From Takakia lepidozioides (taxonomy: Eukaryota; Plantae; Bryophyta): a stretch of DNA of 64,000 nt. The stretch is taken from assembly GCA_030704615.1 (NCBI GenBank), contig CM060733.1, positions 36,704,001 through 36,768,000 of the forward strand, in the 5' to 3' direction. This document shows, piece after piece, positions 13,553 to 26,278 of this stretch (position 1 is the stretch's first letter; every line of letters starts with the position of its first letter). A model generated the notes under the pieces. The model was not told the origin of the DNA and searched no databases. It was given only the letters and a program-made list of their open reading frames with translations. Both the position numbers and the translations under genes were made by a program.

Positions 13553-14290
13553 GACCTCAAACATCCACGCGCATTTGCAGATGCAATTGTCTCAAACATC
13601 TCCCGTCGTGGCTCAGACATCTGCATTCAGCAGGTGCGTGTGGATGTTTGAGGACCTTACGACTGGATGGTGTTCCGTGACGACTCGAATTGTTTTTTTG
13701 TGCTGCCATCCCTTATATAATACCATGTGGATCCATCACAAAGCTGGGTTTCTTCAGATTCTCCACCCTTTTCCACAACTTATGCACGACGGATGCAAGC
13801 CGCTATACTTGGTCACATAAACAGTCCCATCGTCCGATACGAAATCTGCAATACACGCCCCCATGTGCATACGTTTCCACCATTTTCGCGCCAATGTTAC
13901 CCATGGGTTCCTTTAACGAACTAAACTTGTGAAGGCTCTCATGAGGGATGCAGTACGAAGGGGCTAAACGTATCATGACAGATCACAAGCAGAGGACGTT
14001 ATCGACGACAGATGTCCGCATTTTCCATATTTATGACATAGAACCAAACCATAAAACGAAGGTTCCCGAAAGCACAACAAGAAGGCAAAAATAGTGGAAG
14101 CATATGCACGATGGTGGCTGTAGTGCCCAGATAGTCCTCTCATGTTCAAGCACACACTTCATCATCATCATGAACATCGCGCGCAAAAGAGGAACAGTCG
14201 TGTGCATGGAAATGCCTACCGCAACATCGGACAACAAACAGCCGTAAAAAGAGAGCGGCCGAGATTTGGTGGGAAGATCATGCCATTTTC

Positions 14291-14662
14291 GCAGCCCTAA
14301 AAATGGAGGGCTCGGATGGGTTATGGGAATGGACGGTGGCGATCCTGCGCCGTCAGTGGACTGGATGGCAGGGGACTGGCCAGCGGACTGGAGGGCAGAC
14401 TGGCGGACTGGCAGACTGCTGGGCAGCGGACTGGCCAGCAGAAGACTGGCAGACTGGAGGGCAGCGGACTCATGGGCGGGGGACTGGCCGCGCGGCGGAC
14501 GGGGCACGGGCGCGGTTGCGCAGCCGCGCCCGCGGCTGGGCGACCGCACGCAGCGGCGGGCGGGGCGGGCGGGGCGCTAGGGGCCGGGCGTTCGTGCGCG
14601 GGGCCCACCGGCCACATCACACACGTGCCCATTGAAGACCCTATTATCTAAAAATGAGAGGC
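14291..14662 (-). repeat. Right TIR of MULE-1
   Basis: Reverse complement of 2337-2693. Confidence 0.92.
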
Positions 14663-15012
14663 CTCTAACAAGGCCCCAATAATGGGCCCCACATTCAACT
14701 GTGGCCTTACCAGCCTATGCTGTCCCATGATAGTTGAATCCCAAAAGAGGCTGCCGGAAAATTTAAAATTAAAGCCCACCGAGTGCCGAATGTCAGGAAT
14801 TCCACCCCAAGACCTGTCCTACCGCAATCTCATACATTACTATTACACTAGCCACGTATATCATGGTACATGTGTTACATCAGCGCTTTCAATAGCGTAG
14901 ACAAATACGGTATTCTTTTGGTATTTTGTGGATCTGGGGCTGATTTGCCTCAAATTTGGCAGGTGGATGCAGGAGGAAGGCAGGCACATAATGTGTGGTC
15001 ACGTTCTTTAAG

Positions 15013-18000
15013 GATTTAAGGATTGATGCTCCATGTCCGCAAGTAACAAAGATAGGGGAAGAGAGCCGCCCAGTCTGTTTTAAATAAAAAATTCAGCCCT
15101 CGGTTCTCTCATAACAGCAGACAAATGCGGAGTCTCTTTGACGCAGCTTCTCTACCTATTGCAAGTGGATGACACCTACTTGGATTTTTGAACCGGCTGT
15201 TGCTTTTCCATCAGAGAGCCATGTCCTTTAAGACGCTGAAATCCCTCTCCTTTTTCTCTGCTACAAACCCTCACGAAATTGCCTTGTTGATGTATACTAT
15301 TGGTATGACGAAAACTGTCTTAGTAGTACATTCTCTCTCTTTTTGTTGTTGTTTAAGTCTGGAGTTTGAATAAGATTTGAATGTAAAACTATGTGGTTGC
15401 TGAGTCTTTCCGTCTGGACACAGGAACTCAGTGTGTCTGCACCCTCTATTGGGATGTCTCCCTGTTATACTTGATATAGTTGATTTCTCTTGTACTCAGA
15501 TTCTTTTGGTTTCCTTCCTCTGTTTGTTGTTTCTTTTGACTATCGTCAGCTCACCTGACTGGGGGCAGTACCCTAGCTCGCCAGGGGAAGTGGCTCTTTG
15601 TGCTGGCTTCAGCGAGAGTCTTCTCTCTCTTCTTGTTGATGTGTGATGGTGCATTTGCTTTTGTCCTCGAAATCTCTTCTTCACCTTGGATGCGGCTTAT
15701 CCTGGGTTATCTGTAAAGTGTGAGTTCAAAGTTTACTAGGCTCTCACTATGATATGTGCTTGAAGAATAGTCCCTCACCAAATTAACCTTCCCCAGAGTC
15801 AGTAGCCACTATGAGATGCAGCATGGTGTGAAGCCCAGCCCAAAGTGGTGTCCCTGAGAGACAGACAGGAATTGTGCATGCTGGGATGGTTCTTTGCATG
15901 ATCAAACAGATAGGTATATTGTCTTCCGGTTCTGGTTGTTGCAATGGTAACTATCCAGCTATCATCGTAAAAAAAGATCTAATAAAACTGTGTTTGTGCA
16001 CAGCTGTACGACAAGCATGCCCCCAAGGCATGCAGAAATTTTCTCGAGCTTTCCAGGCGTTCGTATTATGATAATGTCCTCTTTCATCGTGTTATAAAGG
16101 CAATTCTCTCTGACTTTCTGAGCTTTCTAGCCTATACATGTGTAAAGTGCTTTGCTGGGACTGCTTGTTAGATCAAACACAGCCTGTTCTCAACTTTTCT
16201 GAAAGTAGTCATACCTTCTCTGGGCAATTCTCCAGCTTGATGATTGCAGTCTTCCTCCACTACGTTAAGTATTTTGAACAGGTTATGATGGCATTAGGAA
16301 ATGTTTTGGCCATATTTGCATACAGTGCAGGCTGGCTGGGTGCCTAGTGTCTGGCAATTCCTGACCCTCCCTCACAGTTGCCTGAGCACCTGCGTATCAT
16401 TTCGTACAACTTTTCTACCAAAGGAATGTGACATATGCCCATACTTCAATTGCACTTCGAGCACTAAGACTTCATGTCTCTTAAACGTACTTCTCAAAAG
16501 AGTCCATTTGATTCTGGTGGATGAAGTGGTGAGGATTCCAACTTTAGTTCTTCCCCCATCTATTACGCCTTGCAGATGGGACTGTCAAGCTCATGCTTAA
16601 GGTAACTATTTACTTGTACTTGTAATGTGTTCTACAGTGTTCCTGGAAGCTGGGGCGGTCCTATCTCCATATAGCTACTCTGGGGCCTCGTATCTTTGCA
16701 GGGCCATTAAAGCTGACCACAAGTTGGGTTGCACACAGGACTTCATGGTCCAAGGTGGGGATCCCACAGGAACTGGTCGAGGGGGTGAATCCATCTATGG
16801 GTGCGTAAAACATCACACACTCAAGAGAAAGGCTTAGTTGAATATGTTAGTATGTGTGTTTTGGATAGTACAGATAATACATTTGATTTGATTTGGAGGT
16901 GGGCTCCAGTGCAGATCTAAGTTTGAGGACGAACTTACACGGGAGCTGAAGCACACTTGGCCAATTCAGGACCTAATTCCAATGGCAGCCAGTTTTTTAT
17001 TACGCTTGCCCCCACCCCCTGGCTTGATGGTAAGACATTCAATTACATAAGTGATGAAATTACATGTGTGTCTGCATGTACGGGATCCATGCAGACAGAT
17101 TCCTTGTGGGGATTGGCCACAAAGCCAATCAAAAGACCTAAAGCCCACCTCGGATTATTTAGTCACTCATCTTAATTGAGTACATAGTAGTATAAGGAGG
17201 GGTGCATGTTCATCACCATGTTGCTAGCTTGGTTTGGGTGTCAAAACTAATGACTGTAGTGTGATCATGCTCTCTGTATGCCTTGCATTTGAGTATTGTA
17301 TTCCGTATCAATTTTCAGATAGATACCGGAGCGTGTATTGCATCCTGCCGATTTTTGTAGTGATCATTGTGTCAGAAGGTGCTATTCCATCTGCAACAAC
17401 TAAGAAAAGCGCATGTCTGACCATTGCAGGCACACAAGAATGATCGGTGAGGCCTTGTCAGCAAATTATGTGCAGGTATAGTGCTGGAATTAGATGCAGC
17501 GAGTACGAACCCTCTCAATTTCCCTGTCATATCATGTTATCTTGAGAGCTTTTTCTCAACTCCCTGCCCCTACACGTGGTTAAACAACTGTTCTTGTTGT
17601 CTGAACTCTTCATTAGCATTTGCCAATGATATCTCTGTTTCTGGCTGTGGCAGACCTATCCATGATGTGAAGATCTTACGGACACTTGCAATAGATTGAG
17701 GGCTTGGCTAGGAAGGCTCTCGCGTTGTTAGTGTCTCACACCCCGTCCTCTTTCTCAGTTCTTCCTGACTGTGGCCGGAGTGTTCAAGTCCTTCTGCATT
17801 GTTATTACTAGGAAGTCATGATCAGCTGCAGGGAACTATTCCTGAGCTCCTCCCTCCGTCTCTCCCTCTCTTGTAGGAGAACATTCAAAGTAGGGCACGG
17901 CTAAGATGTAGAAAGAAGTTCATGGGGTTTGATTCACAATGATGCCTCTTTCTGTCCTTTGTCATTCCTAAGACATTGTTTGAACGATTGAGCCACCAAT

Positions 18001-18896
18001 TTCATGTTCATTAATCTAAACGGGCCATTAATTCGACTATTACGTTTTGCACAAGCCCAAAATATTCTACACAAGAATTATGTCTTTTAACTTGTTACCT
18101 AGTTATGTTTGTGCTTGAAGCCACCTGCTTCACCTAGATTGTGCGTCATAACCTTAACCCTAAAAAAACGCCCACCACGCCCGTTTTGGGCTTTGGGTTT
18201 AGAAAATTCTGATTAACTTTTTACATTTTTGGAATTGTGTGAAAAAAAAGTATAGTGTTCTTGGGCACCTGGCACACCAAAAACTCAGTGCCCGATTGCC
18301 TCGGATCTGCCAAGTTGCAAAGACGCAAGGTGGTGGGTTCTCGTTGTTTCATTTTTCACACGGGTGTGAGAGAGGGAGAAAAACATGGGATTATTCCAGG
18401 TTTGACCAAGTGGCAACATCACATGCATTGGCCAAATTGGATACTTTTTGGCTTGTTGGACGAGGGATCTCAAGGGGATGAAACCCTGCTAATTTCGCCT
18501 CAATCCACGTGACTCAAATCTCTAAAAAAATACCAAAAATGGATATGTCTCTAAAAATGCCCCAATAATGGGCCCCACATTCAACTGTGGCCTTACCTGC
18601 CTATGCTGTCCCATGATAATTGAATCCCAAAAGGCTGCCGGAAAATTTAAAATTAAAGCCCACCGAGTGCTGAATGTCAGGAATTCCACCCCAAGACCTG
18701 TCCTACCGCAATCTCATACATTACTATTACACTAGCCAGGTATATCATGGTACATGTGTTACATCAGCGCTTTCAATAGCGTAGACAAATACGGTATTCT
18801 TTTGGTATTTTGTGGATCTGGGGCTGATTTGCCTCAAATTTGGCAGGTGGATGCAGGAGGAAGGCAGGCACATAATGTGTGGTCACGTTCTTTAAG
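15013..18896 (+). repeat. Tandem segmental duplication (second copy of the cyclophilin region)
   Basis: 16314-18558 is near-identical to 1-2336, and 18559-18896 to 14673-15012. Homology ends at CACGTTCTTTAAG in both copies. The partner of 15013-16313 would lie upstream of the window and cannot be checked. Confidence 0.9.
16004..17699 (+). pseudogene. Cyclophilin duplicate, pseudogene (no first exon seen; frameshifting deletions)
   Basis: Exons 16004-16099 (LYDKHAPKACRNFLELSRRSYYDNVLFHRVIK), 16739-16800, 16915-17029 (19-bp deletion), 17430-17446 (68 of 85 nt lost), 17654-17699. Confidence 0.9.
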
Positions 18897-20696
18897 AAGT
18901 TAATTTTCTGAAAGTTACACCAACTTTTCACTCAAAGGGGTCGTGTCTTCTGAAAAACTCAAACTATGGCACTGGGCGTTTAAAGGGATAATGTCCTCTG
19001 CGACCCATTTTCATTCACACCTGCTCTCATTCGCACAGCCGTAACTTCTAAAATCCGGGTCTGATTGAAGCGCGGCCAAGAGGAATGTTGTAGTCCAGAT
19101 TCAGAGCTTTCCAATGCCACCTGCCTGAGATTCATTGGCCTAAAGGGGGGAAAGTAATGTTGCTGGAAGTCCAAATTCATGAAATGGCATCAGCATATAG
19201 CAAGCGATTCTGTGGCTTGCCTTCGCGATTGGGTTCCCAACTGACGGAGGTTCCCAAGTTTGAAAATCGTCTGCCCAATATTATGAATAATAGATCTATA
19301 AATATGGGGGACGGGTTCCATAATCTGGGTTCACAGTTTACAACTCCGTCCCCGGGAAAAACCTGTAATGATGTGCCTGGGAAAATTCCCGTCAGGGAAG
19401 CCCTAATTTAAGAAAGCCAAAAAAGTCAAGTGGCGCACGTAATCAATGCGGACACCCACGATTCAGTAGCCGTGCTCTAAGCTGCGGACCACACGTGGTA
19501 CCATAATATTTAACTTCTCTTCGGGAGCCCCTTTCTCCATTCAGTGCGAGCCGTGCATCCTCCAAGCTGCAGAAGCTGCTACAGAATATCACTTGGGAGC
19601 TGGGCAATCAGGGTGCATTCTCTCGACGCCTTCCAAGCCACACTTTGAAGAGGTTCGTGGGCAGAATTTAACCTCCAGCCTTCACTGCCATGCTCAATCC
19701 GATAGGGGTTCGACAGTGAGATCTGCAGTGTGAAATCTCTGAGCGAGGAAGCTTGTTGTCCATTCCTTAGTTGGGTAGTAGGGCGGTGTCTTTCGGTACA
19801 ATCCCAGTCTTCATGGATGCTTGCATGTCTATCAATTCTAAAGTTGGGTGGACTACTACATACGTGTGAAAGTGACAAACCAAGCGCTCCGCACCAGCTC
19901 AGAGTAGGATTGTAGATCCAGAAAGAGTCCCAGAAATACTGGTTGCCTCGACCCTACAGTAGTATTGAGCAAGTGTAAGTGAGATTCTTTCGGAGATTGT
20001 GAAGAGAACAACCTCTCATCTAGATATACCTCACAAATGGAGCACACACTTTGCTAGAAAGACGTAGACCTTCAGTCTGTACACCACACTGCATGACGTT
20101 GAGCACACCCCAACTTCCTAAATCTGTTCAAGTCACATTAGTGAGGATAAATGCATGGGAACGTATGATGTCTTGGACAGCTATGGGCCTTGACCTCTCA
20201 AACTTGCAATAAGTATAACTGGGGAAGAGAATAGTACAGGCTAAGTGGGATCTGTCTGTAAGATAGTCTCTGCAGCACACCCTCACCTAGATGTACCACT
20301 TGATCTGCGTGATCAGGTTGCGGGAGGCTGGAAGCCCGCAACTCAGGTGGAAGAGGCTTCGAGCTAAATTGAAGGTGATTGATTATGTGGATGTGTTTCC
20401 TACCTAGGCCCTGCAGCAAGTAATCCTGAAGAGATTTTGTTTGGAAGCGTGCATGTCTTGGTCTCATCTAATATTGAGTCGTCAACATCCATCAGTTTTG
20501 GGACACTATTTTTGAAGTGTCTGCAAAATAAGCATTGGAAACTGTATATCTCGGAAGAATTCTCCTGAGTTAAGAGGCTCCGACATTCATTGTTTTCTTT
20601 GATTTGATGACTTTTTACTCTAAATTTATAATCTTTGTATGCTCACTAGTCGACATAAGTGACATATTCTAATGGTTCTCCCTGCAGATATATAGT

Positions 20697-23600
20697 ATGG
20701 AAGTTGCAGCCCCAGGGGAGATGGAGGTTGAGGTTGCCACTGCACCATGGGCTTGGGCAATTCTGGTCGTGATGCTGGGAATACTCGCTTCAAGTTTCGC
20801 ATCCCGAAGTTCCACAAAACAAACTGTTACAAGTAACGAGACAGTGAAGCTGGTACCTGCAATCAGCTGGAGTCTGCCCTTTCTTGGAGAAGGCCCTCGA
20901 ATTTTGTGGCAAGGAATACATACGTTCCTCCGCGATCGCTCTCTCAGGTTTACATTCTTAAGCAGTCATGCCCCCCATGCATGTTGTTGAAATTAAGAAT
21001 CTGAAAATTCATCATGTAAGGTCGAAATTTATGAAAACTTCGGCCAATGTTATTTTTAATTGTGCCGAAACTGAAAAGCTTCTCTAGAGTATCTCTCTTG
21101 CGATGCCGGATTGTATGTGCTCAAGTGAGGGGTACTAAGAAGCACAGTCGGCAAGCCTTGGAGCCTAGAGATCTCTGACTGCCGCACATACGTGACAGGT
21201 TCTTCCCATTTTGTCTATATTGGTTCCCAGTTAGTCCCAGTGGGGAGCACTAATTTTATAATGCACTGTGCGTGGAATTGTTTTCTTTTAGACGAACTAT
21301 TCATGATGTGGATGGACCTTGCCTGCAGATGTGGAGGGCTTTACCGAATGTCAATATTGGGCTACCCCATCATCGTCTTGAACTCTCCTGAGTCTATCAA
21401 GTTTGTCGCTTCATCTGCCCACAGTGTGCTCCCTGTGAAGTACCCTAGATTTTTGTTCAAGCTATTGCTCCCAAGAAACGTTGTAACTGACGAAGAACTA
21501 TTCCAGGCTGCAAAAGCTTATGTCAGTAAGATGACAGTGGCAATATTCTCGGGTCAGAATCTCCGCAACAGTTTCCCCCATATCAACCGCCGAGCGTGTG
21601 AAGCAGTTGACTCTTGGATACAGATGGGGAGAGTGAATGCAGCTCATGACACACTTAAGGTACCTTCACACAAAAGCCGATGAATCTCTCCACTGCGTGT
21701 AGCAGCAGCAGTTTGTCATGCATTGAACATTATACATGCCAGTCTTGCTGATAACAAACATTTTCTGCGTGAGTGATGTTTTTGCAGTTTACCATTCTTA
21801 CATTTATGGACCTTGCGTGGACGGACACGGCAGACAAAGAAATAGAGGCTGTGCAGGGAGAGATGGAGATGATTATAAGAGGGTCGCTCAGTGTACCAAT
21901 CAATCTTCCCCCTTTCGCCTACTACAAGGCATGGAAGGTGATGGTCTCTTCAATCTTTGGGTGTCCCGTTGCTCTTGAGGAGTTATTGTAGATGTTTTTT
22001 GTTACTAATTGTTCAGCCGTGGTTAGGATACAATTTGGCTGTATGTGTTGGTGTTGCCTAAAAGGATGGTTTCTTCTACTTGTGGTTATATTATTCAGGC
22101 TCGGGAAGAATTTATTGGCCGCATTCAGAAATGCATAACAAAAAGGATTGAAGAAGGATGCCAACGAAAAGACCTTTTAAGCTTCATAATGGCGGATAAG
22201 ACCCACAACTATTCACATTATGATATGGCTTGCCTCATCCTTTGCAATTTCTTTGCGTTCGTGTTTACAATATCAAGTATGCTTCCATGGCTTATCAAAT
22301 GTCTTCTCGACTATCCAAGAGTGCGAGAATCCATTCAGGTATTGTTGCTAACAAAGTCATATCAACAATTGATGGCATAACATATAGCAGTTCAGATTTT
22401 GCTTGTTATAAGCATTTGAAGACTTCAAATTACAACCAAGTGAAATCTGAAATGATTTAAGAACTGGGCTCTTGAGTAATGAATGTATTTCATCAATGTG
22501 AACATGAATTGGATCATAAATCACAGTCCAAGCTCAATGCTTGATGGGTATGGTGTGTACAATGATTGTGCAGGCAGAGCAGGATGGAGTACAGAAGAAA
22601 ATGCTTGAAGATGACTCTTTGACATGGTTCAACATAAAATCATCGATGCCTCTTACAGTACAAGTACGTATATTTTCTACATCCATTCCTTGATTCGAAT
22701 GTTTTTTCATTCACCTCACTTTTGGAGCATGGACATTTCCAATTGTGATTGATGTGAAGGAAGGTCAAGAGTCATTTCTGTCCTCTTTGTTACTTCGTGT
22801 TTGAAATTCCTGAAACCTGTCTATTTACACATTCTTAAGGCGCACATGTGTGAATATTGTGACCTGATAGGTACTTGATGAGGTTTTGCGGCTTCATGCA
22901 TTGGGCATATTGCTATCAAGACAAGCTGCCGAAACTGTTACTTTTAAAGGTATACTCAGTTTATACATATCATATAATTATTATTAAATTATTGATAGCT
23001 TCAAATGCAAGATGATCAGTCTTGAACTTAGAACAAACAAGTGCAAAATAGGTCAACTTTTACGGTGCATTTCTTAAGTCACCACAACCTAGAGTCTCGA
23101 TCTTATTCTTTTGGACCCATACTTCACCATAGGCCATCGATTCTGAATGTACAAGTCCTCTACAAGTATGATACACATACAGGTGATTTCAAGAAATTTG
23201 ATCATGATGCAATGGAGAATCTAAAGTCTAATTAGTCTAATTATTTTTATATCTAATTCAGTTGTCCGCAAAGCTCTATCCATGCATCTCATCTCATGTA
23301 TTTACATGTGACTTGTGATTGCATATCATGACATGTGACTGCAGGCTACAAAATTCCAAAAGGTTCGTTGGTATGGGGATCACTGGTTTCTCTTCATACG
23401 GACCCAAATATTTATCCAGACCCAATGATGTTCAACCCATCTAGGTTCCAAGTATGTTTCTATCCAAAACTCTTCAGTGTGTTGTGCATGTTGTGTGTTT
23501 GTTGGCTATGCCCTTAAGGACACAGACTTTGCATGATTCTGAAGGCAATGGAGAATATGTGGGCAACTGTCCTTTGCGTGTCAAGACTTTTTTTTGTGTC

Positions 23601-24959
23601 GAAAAGCTTTCATTGGTGTATATGTTGTGATGAGTCATGTCAATTAGGAAGTTTCAATATGCTAGGAAATGATAATTTGTGTCTAGTAGAATAACATAAG
23701 ATCTAGTAAAAAAATCATATTTGAAACACTGATAGTAAATAGTATTTTTTAATAAAGGGGGGGACATATTTAAGTAAATAGTTACTTAAATATAAAGATA
23801 CTTGAAACTATGCAGCGCATTACAATATCAACCCCTTTCATTTAACCTCCCCTCACTGCCTTCCGCTGTTTGCTGCCTGTTCTAATTTAAATTGATGCAT
23901 TTATGTTATCTTAGTAGGTATCTAAATTGCCACTGGTGCTATATAAATATGATCATTTAAGGACATGCATTGTTGTTGCAAATTCACAATATCAACAACT
24001 TCGATTGAATGATGTAAGAAACAAATTTTCCTTAGTCATTTATCATTTCGTAGTGTATCCAAAGGTAATTGATTTGTGTACTATTACCATGTGTCAAAAG
24101 ACGCCTCCGCAGCCCAACACATTTTTCCCTTTCGGAGCCGGCTTACATTTATGCCCAGGACAAGACATGGCACGAGCCCAGGCCCTCTTTCTAGTACACC
24201 ACATTGTGGCCAAATGCAGGTAACATGTTTACTGTTATGTAGTAATTACAAATTTTGTAGTTGGTGATGTAATGTTGCATCGTGTGCTGGCTATGAGAGT
24301 ATGGGGGGCTTATTCAGCTAGCTGTTCTATTAATTAATGCAACAATGGTTCATGTTTGCATCTTTTTTCGGGCCCTAAGCGTGCAGAGCCCACTAAAGTA
24401 GGTACTAAGTAATAAGAGGTTGGGGAAGAGAGCGCGCTTCTCCTTCATATACCCTCTCAGGGCGGTGCCCCCACCCTGTCAAGCGGTGGGGGGATCTTCA
24501 CATGACACCCCTAGAAACCACCACTTGACACCAGTACTCTACTTACCCCAATTGGGCATCCCCCATGTAATAGCTGTCGCCTTCCTACCTATCTTTTCTC
24601 TTATCCCTTTACACGAGGGTTAATTCTTCCAATCCTTGTGTAGCTTACTATATATCCCCTTTTACCAACCTCTAATGGATAGGGTGCCTCTCAGCAGCTT
24701 GTGTTTGATAATACTACTATTCATTTATATCTGGCTTTATGTAGTGTGTTGGCAAAGGACCCATTCTCAGTCACATGCCCAAGGGACAGTACATATCAGC
24801 ACGGATTTTGTTGTCTTCAGCATTTTCACAAATGTACTAGACTAGCTTGGCAGGTGGGAACCGGTGGGAGCTGATGAAGTCCAAGACAACTACAAACAGA
24901 AAGGTTCCTTCATCCTCAAAGATGGATTTACAATGTTGGTTCAAACCCGTGCTTCGTGA
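20697..24959 (+). CDS. Cytochrome P450, CYP85 clan, intact 9-exon gene
   Basis: Exons 20697-20947, 21329-21659, 21788-21937, 22099-22338, 22574-22663, 22871-22949, 23345-23451, 24101-24219, 24854-24959, all GT-AG and in frame. N-terminal membrane anchor, EVLR (ExxR), FNPSRF and heme motif FGAGLHLCPG. Internal exon sizes 150/240/90/79/107/119 are typical of the CYP85 clan. Confidence 0.92.
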
Positions 24960-26240
24960 TGAGGAGGATCTTGCGGTGGGCTCTTGAACATCACATGTCC
25001 ATTTCACTTCTCTTTCGCTGCTCTTTGCCATCTCATAGGTTACTTCAAATGGTTCTACAGCCTTCAACAAAAATAATCACCAAAACACTTTCTTCCTCGC
25101 TGTGCTCTGACATATTGTTAAGTTTTTTGTGCAGGTCAATCAGAGCACGCCTGTTAAATCACTAAAACAAAATGGGCAATTTTTGAACCAGGCTTTATCC
25201 TTTAAAGTCATTTTTGAGTGAAATGGGACGGATTTCACTAGGCACCTCTCCTTGGGTTAACCGGGACAAATGTTTTCAATGTACAGCATGATCATTCGAT
25301 TGGTTGGCATGTGGATTTATTATTGTATTGGAGCAGCTTTTTATCACTGAAATTGGAAGGGTGGTTTGCCATCACATGAAGACAAGTAGGGTGCAAGTAC
25401 TTAATTTACTTGTGTATCAGCTGGAAAGAGTCCCTCCTGCTGGGCAAGACTGTCTGATACTGAGCGTACTCAGACTTAACGAAGGTTGAGCAGGCGATTC
25501 TGGCAGGTTGGAGTAGGACTGATGACAATTCTATGTTACACTCACATTCTAGTTCACACTTGGAATTCACACAGCAGATTGTTTGTTTGTTTGAAGGGAT
25601 TATAGAGGATATCTGTTCTCTTTCCTAGAGATGCGACCAGAGTCTGCAGTATCCGAGTCTTGACTTCAACTACACTCAAGGACTAGACATGGCATTGACC
25701 TACACATATTACTAAAGGAATGAAACAACTTCAAAGTCAAATTCAATATAATTTACCCTCTCACATTCTCTGACATTCTCAGTCTCTCATATTCTAGAAA
25801 TCTAAAGGTAGATTTACATGTTTGTGGCAGGTTTCAGAAGAATTGCCGTCAGCTCCTTCTTGTTCTGTCACACATCGATTCAAGTATATATTTAAACTTC
25901 TTATCGTAGAGGGAGAGTGATGGAATGTACTCATAAGACGTTGTTTGCCGTAGCATTGTGGCCATTGACCCCGCGCCCAGTTTGAGCGGAACACAAAGGG
26001 ACAGAACCTACCTTTGTCAGGGGCTGACGCTGGTAGTAAGACTGACCTTGGAATAAACAATTGATCCGGGTTTTCCAGATATCCTCTAGGTCAACCTGCT
26101 GTGTGGTTTGTACAATAACTAGGCCCCAAAAGGGCGGCACAAATTACTAAAACAGAAGGACATGGCAAAGAACCTTTCATGGCAGCATTGTAAGAAGTGC
26201 ATACCCATTCTTTATCTGTGCAGTACTTTTCAATGCTCAC

Positions 26241-26278
26241 CATGCGGTTAGTGCCGCAAAAGGAACAGCAGCCGCTTC
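26241..26278 (-). pseudogene. Isolated exon resembling an MDR/quinone-oxidoreductase (RTN4IP1-like) motif
   Basis: cag|EAAAVPFAALTAW|gtgag with both splice sites. No neighbouring exons recognised. Confidence 0.4.

Larger units (their letters stand above)
2337..14662. mobile_element. MULE-1: full-length Mutator-like DNA transposon (~12.3 kb) with long TIRs
   Basis: Left end (G)GCCTCTCATTTTTAGATAATAGGGTCTTCAATGGGCACGTG is the reverse complement of the right end. Flanks CTCTAAAAAG (2327-2336) and CTCTAACAAG (14663-14672) form an 8-10 bp TSD with one mismatch. Empty site at ~18549-18558. Contains a MULE/SWIM transposase. Confidence 0.93.

Noticed and set aside
18900-20600. Possible degenerate retroelement or gene upstream of the P450
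   Set aside because: No recognisable motif in any frame of the ORF track.
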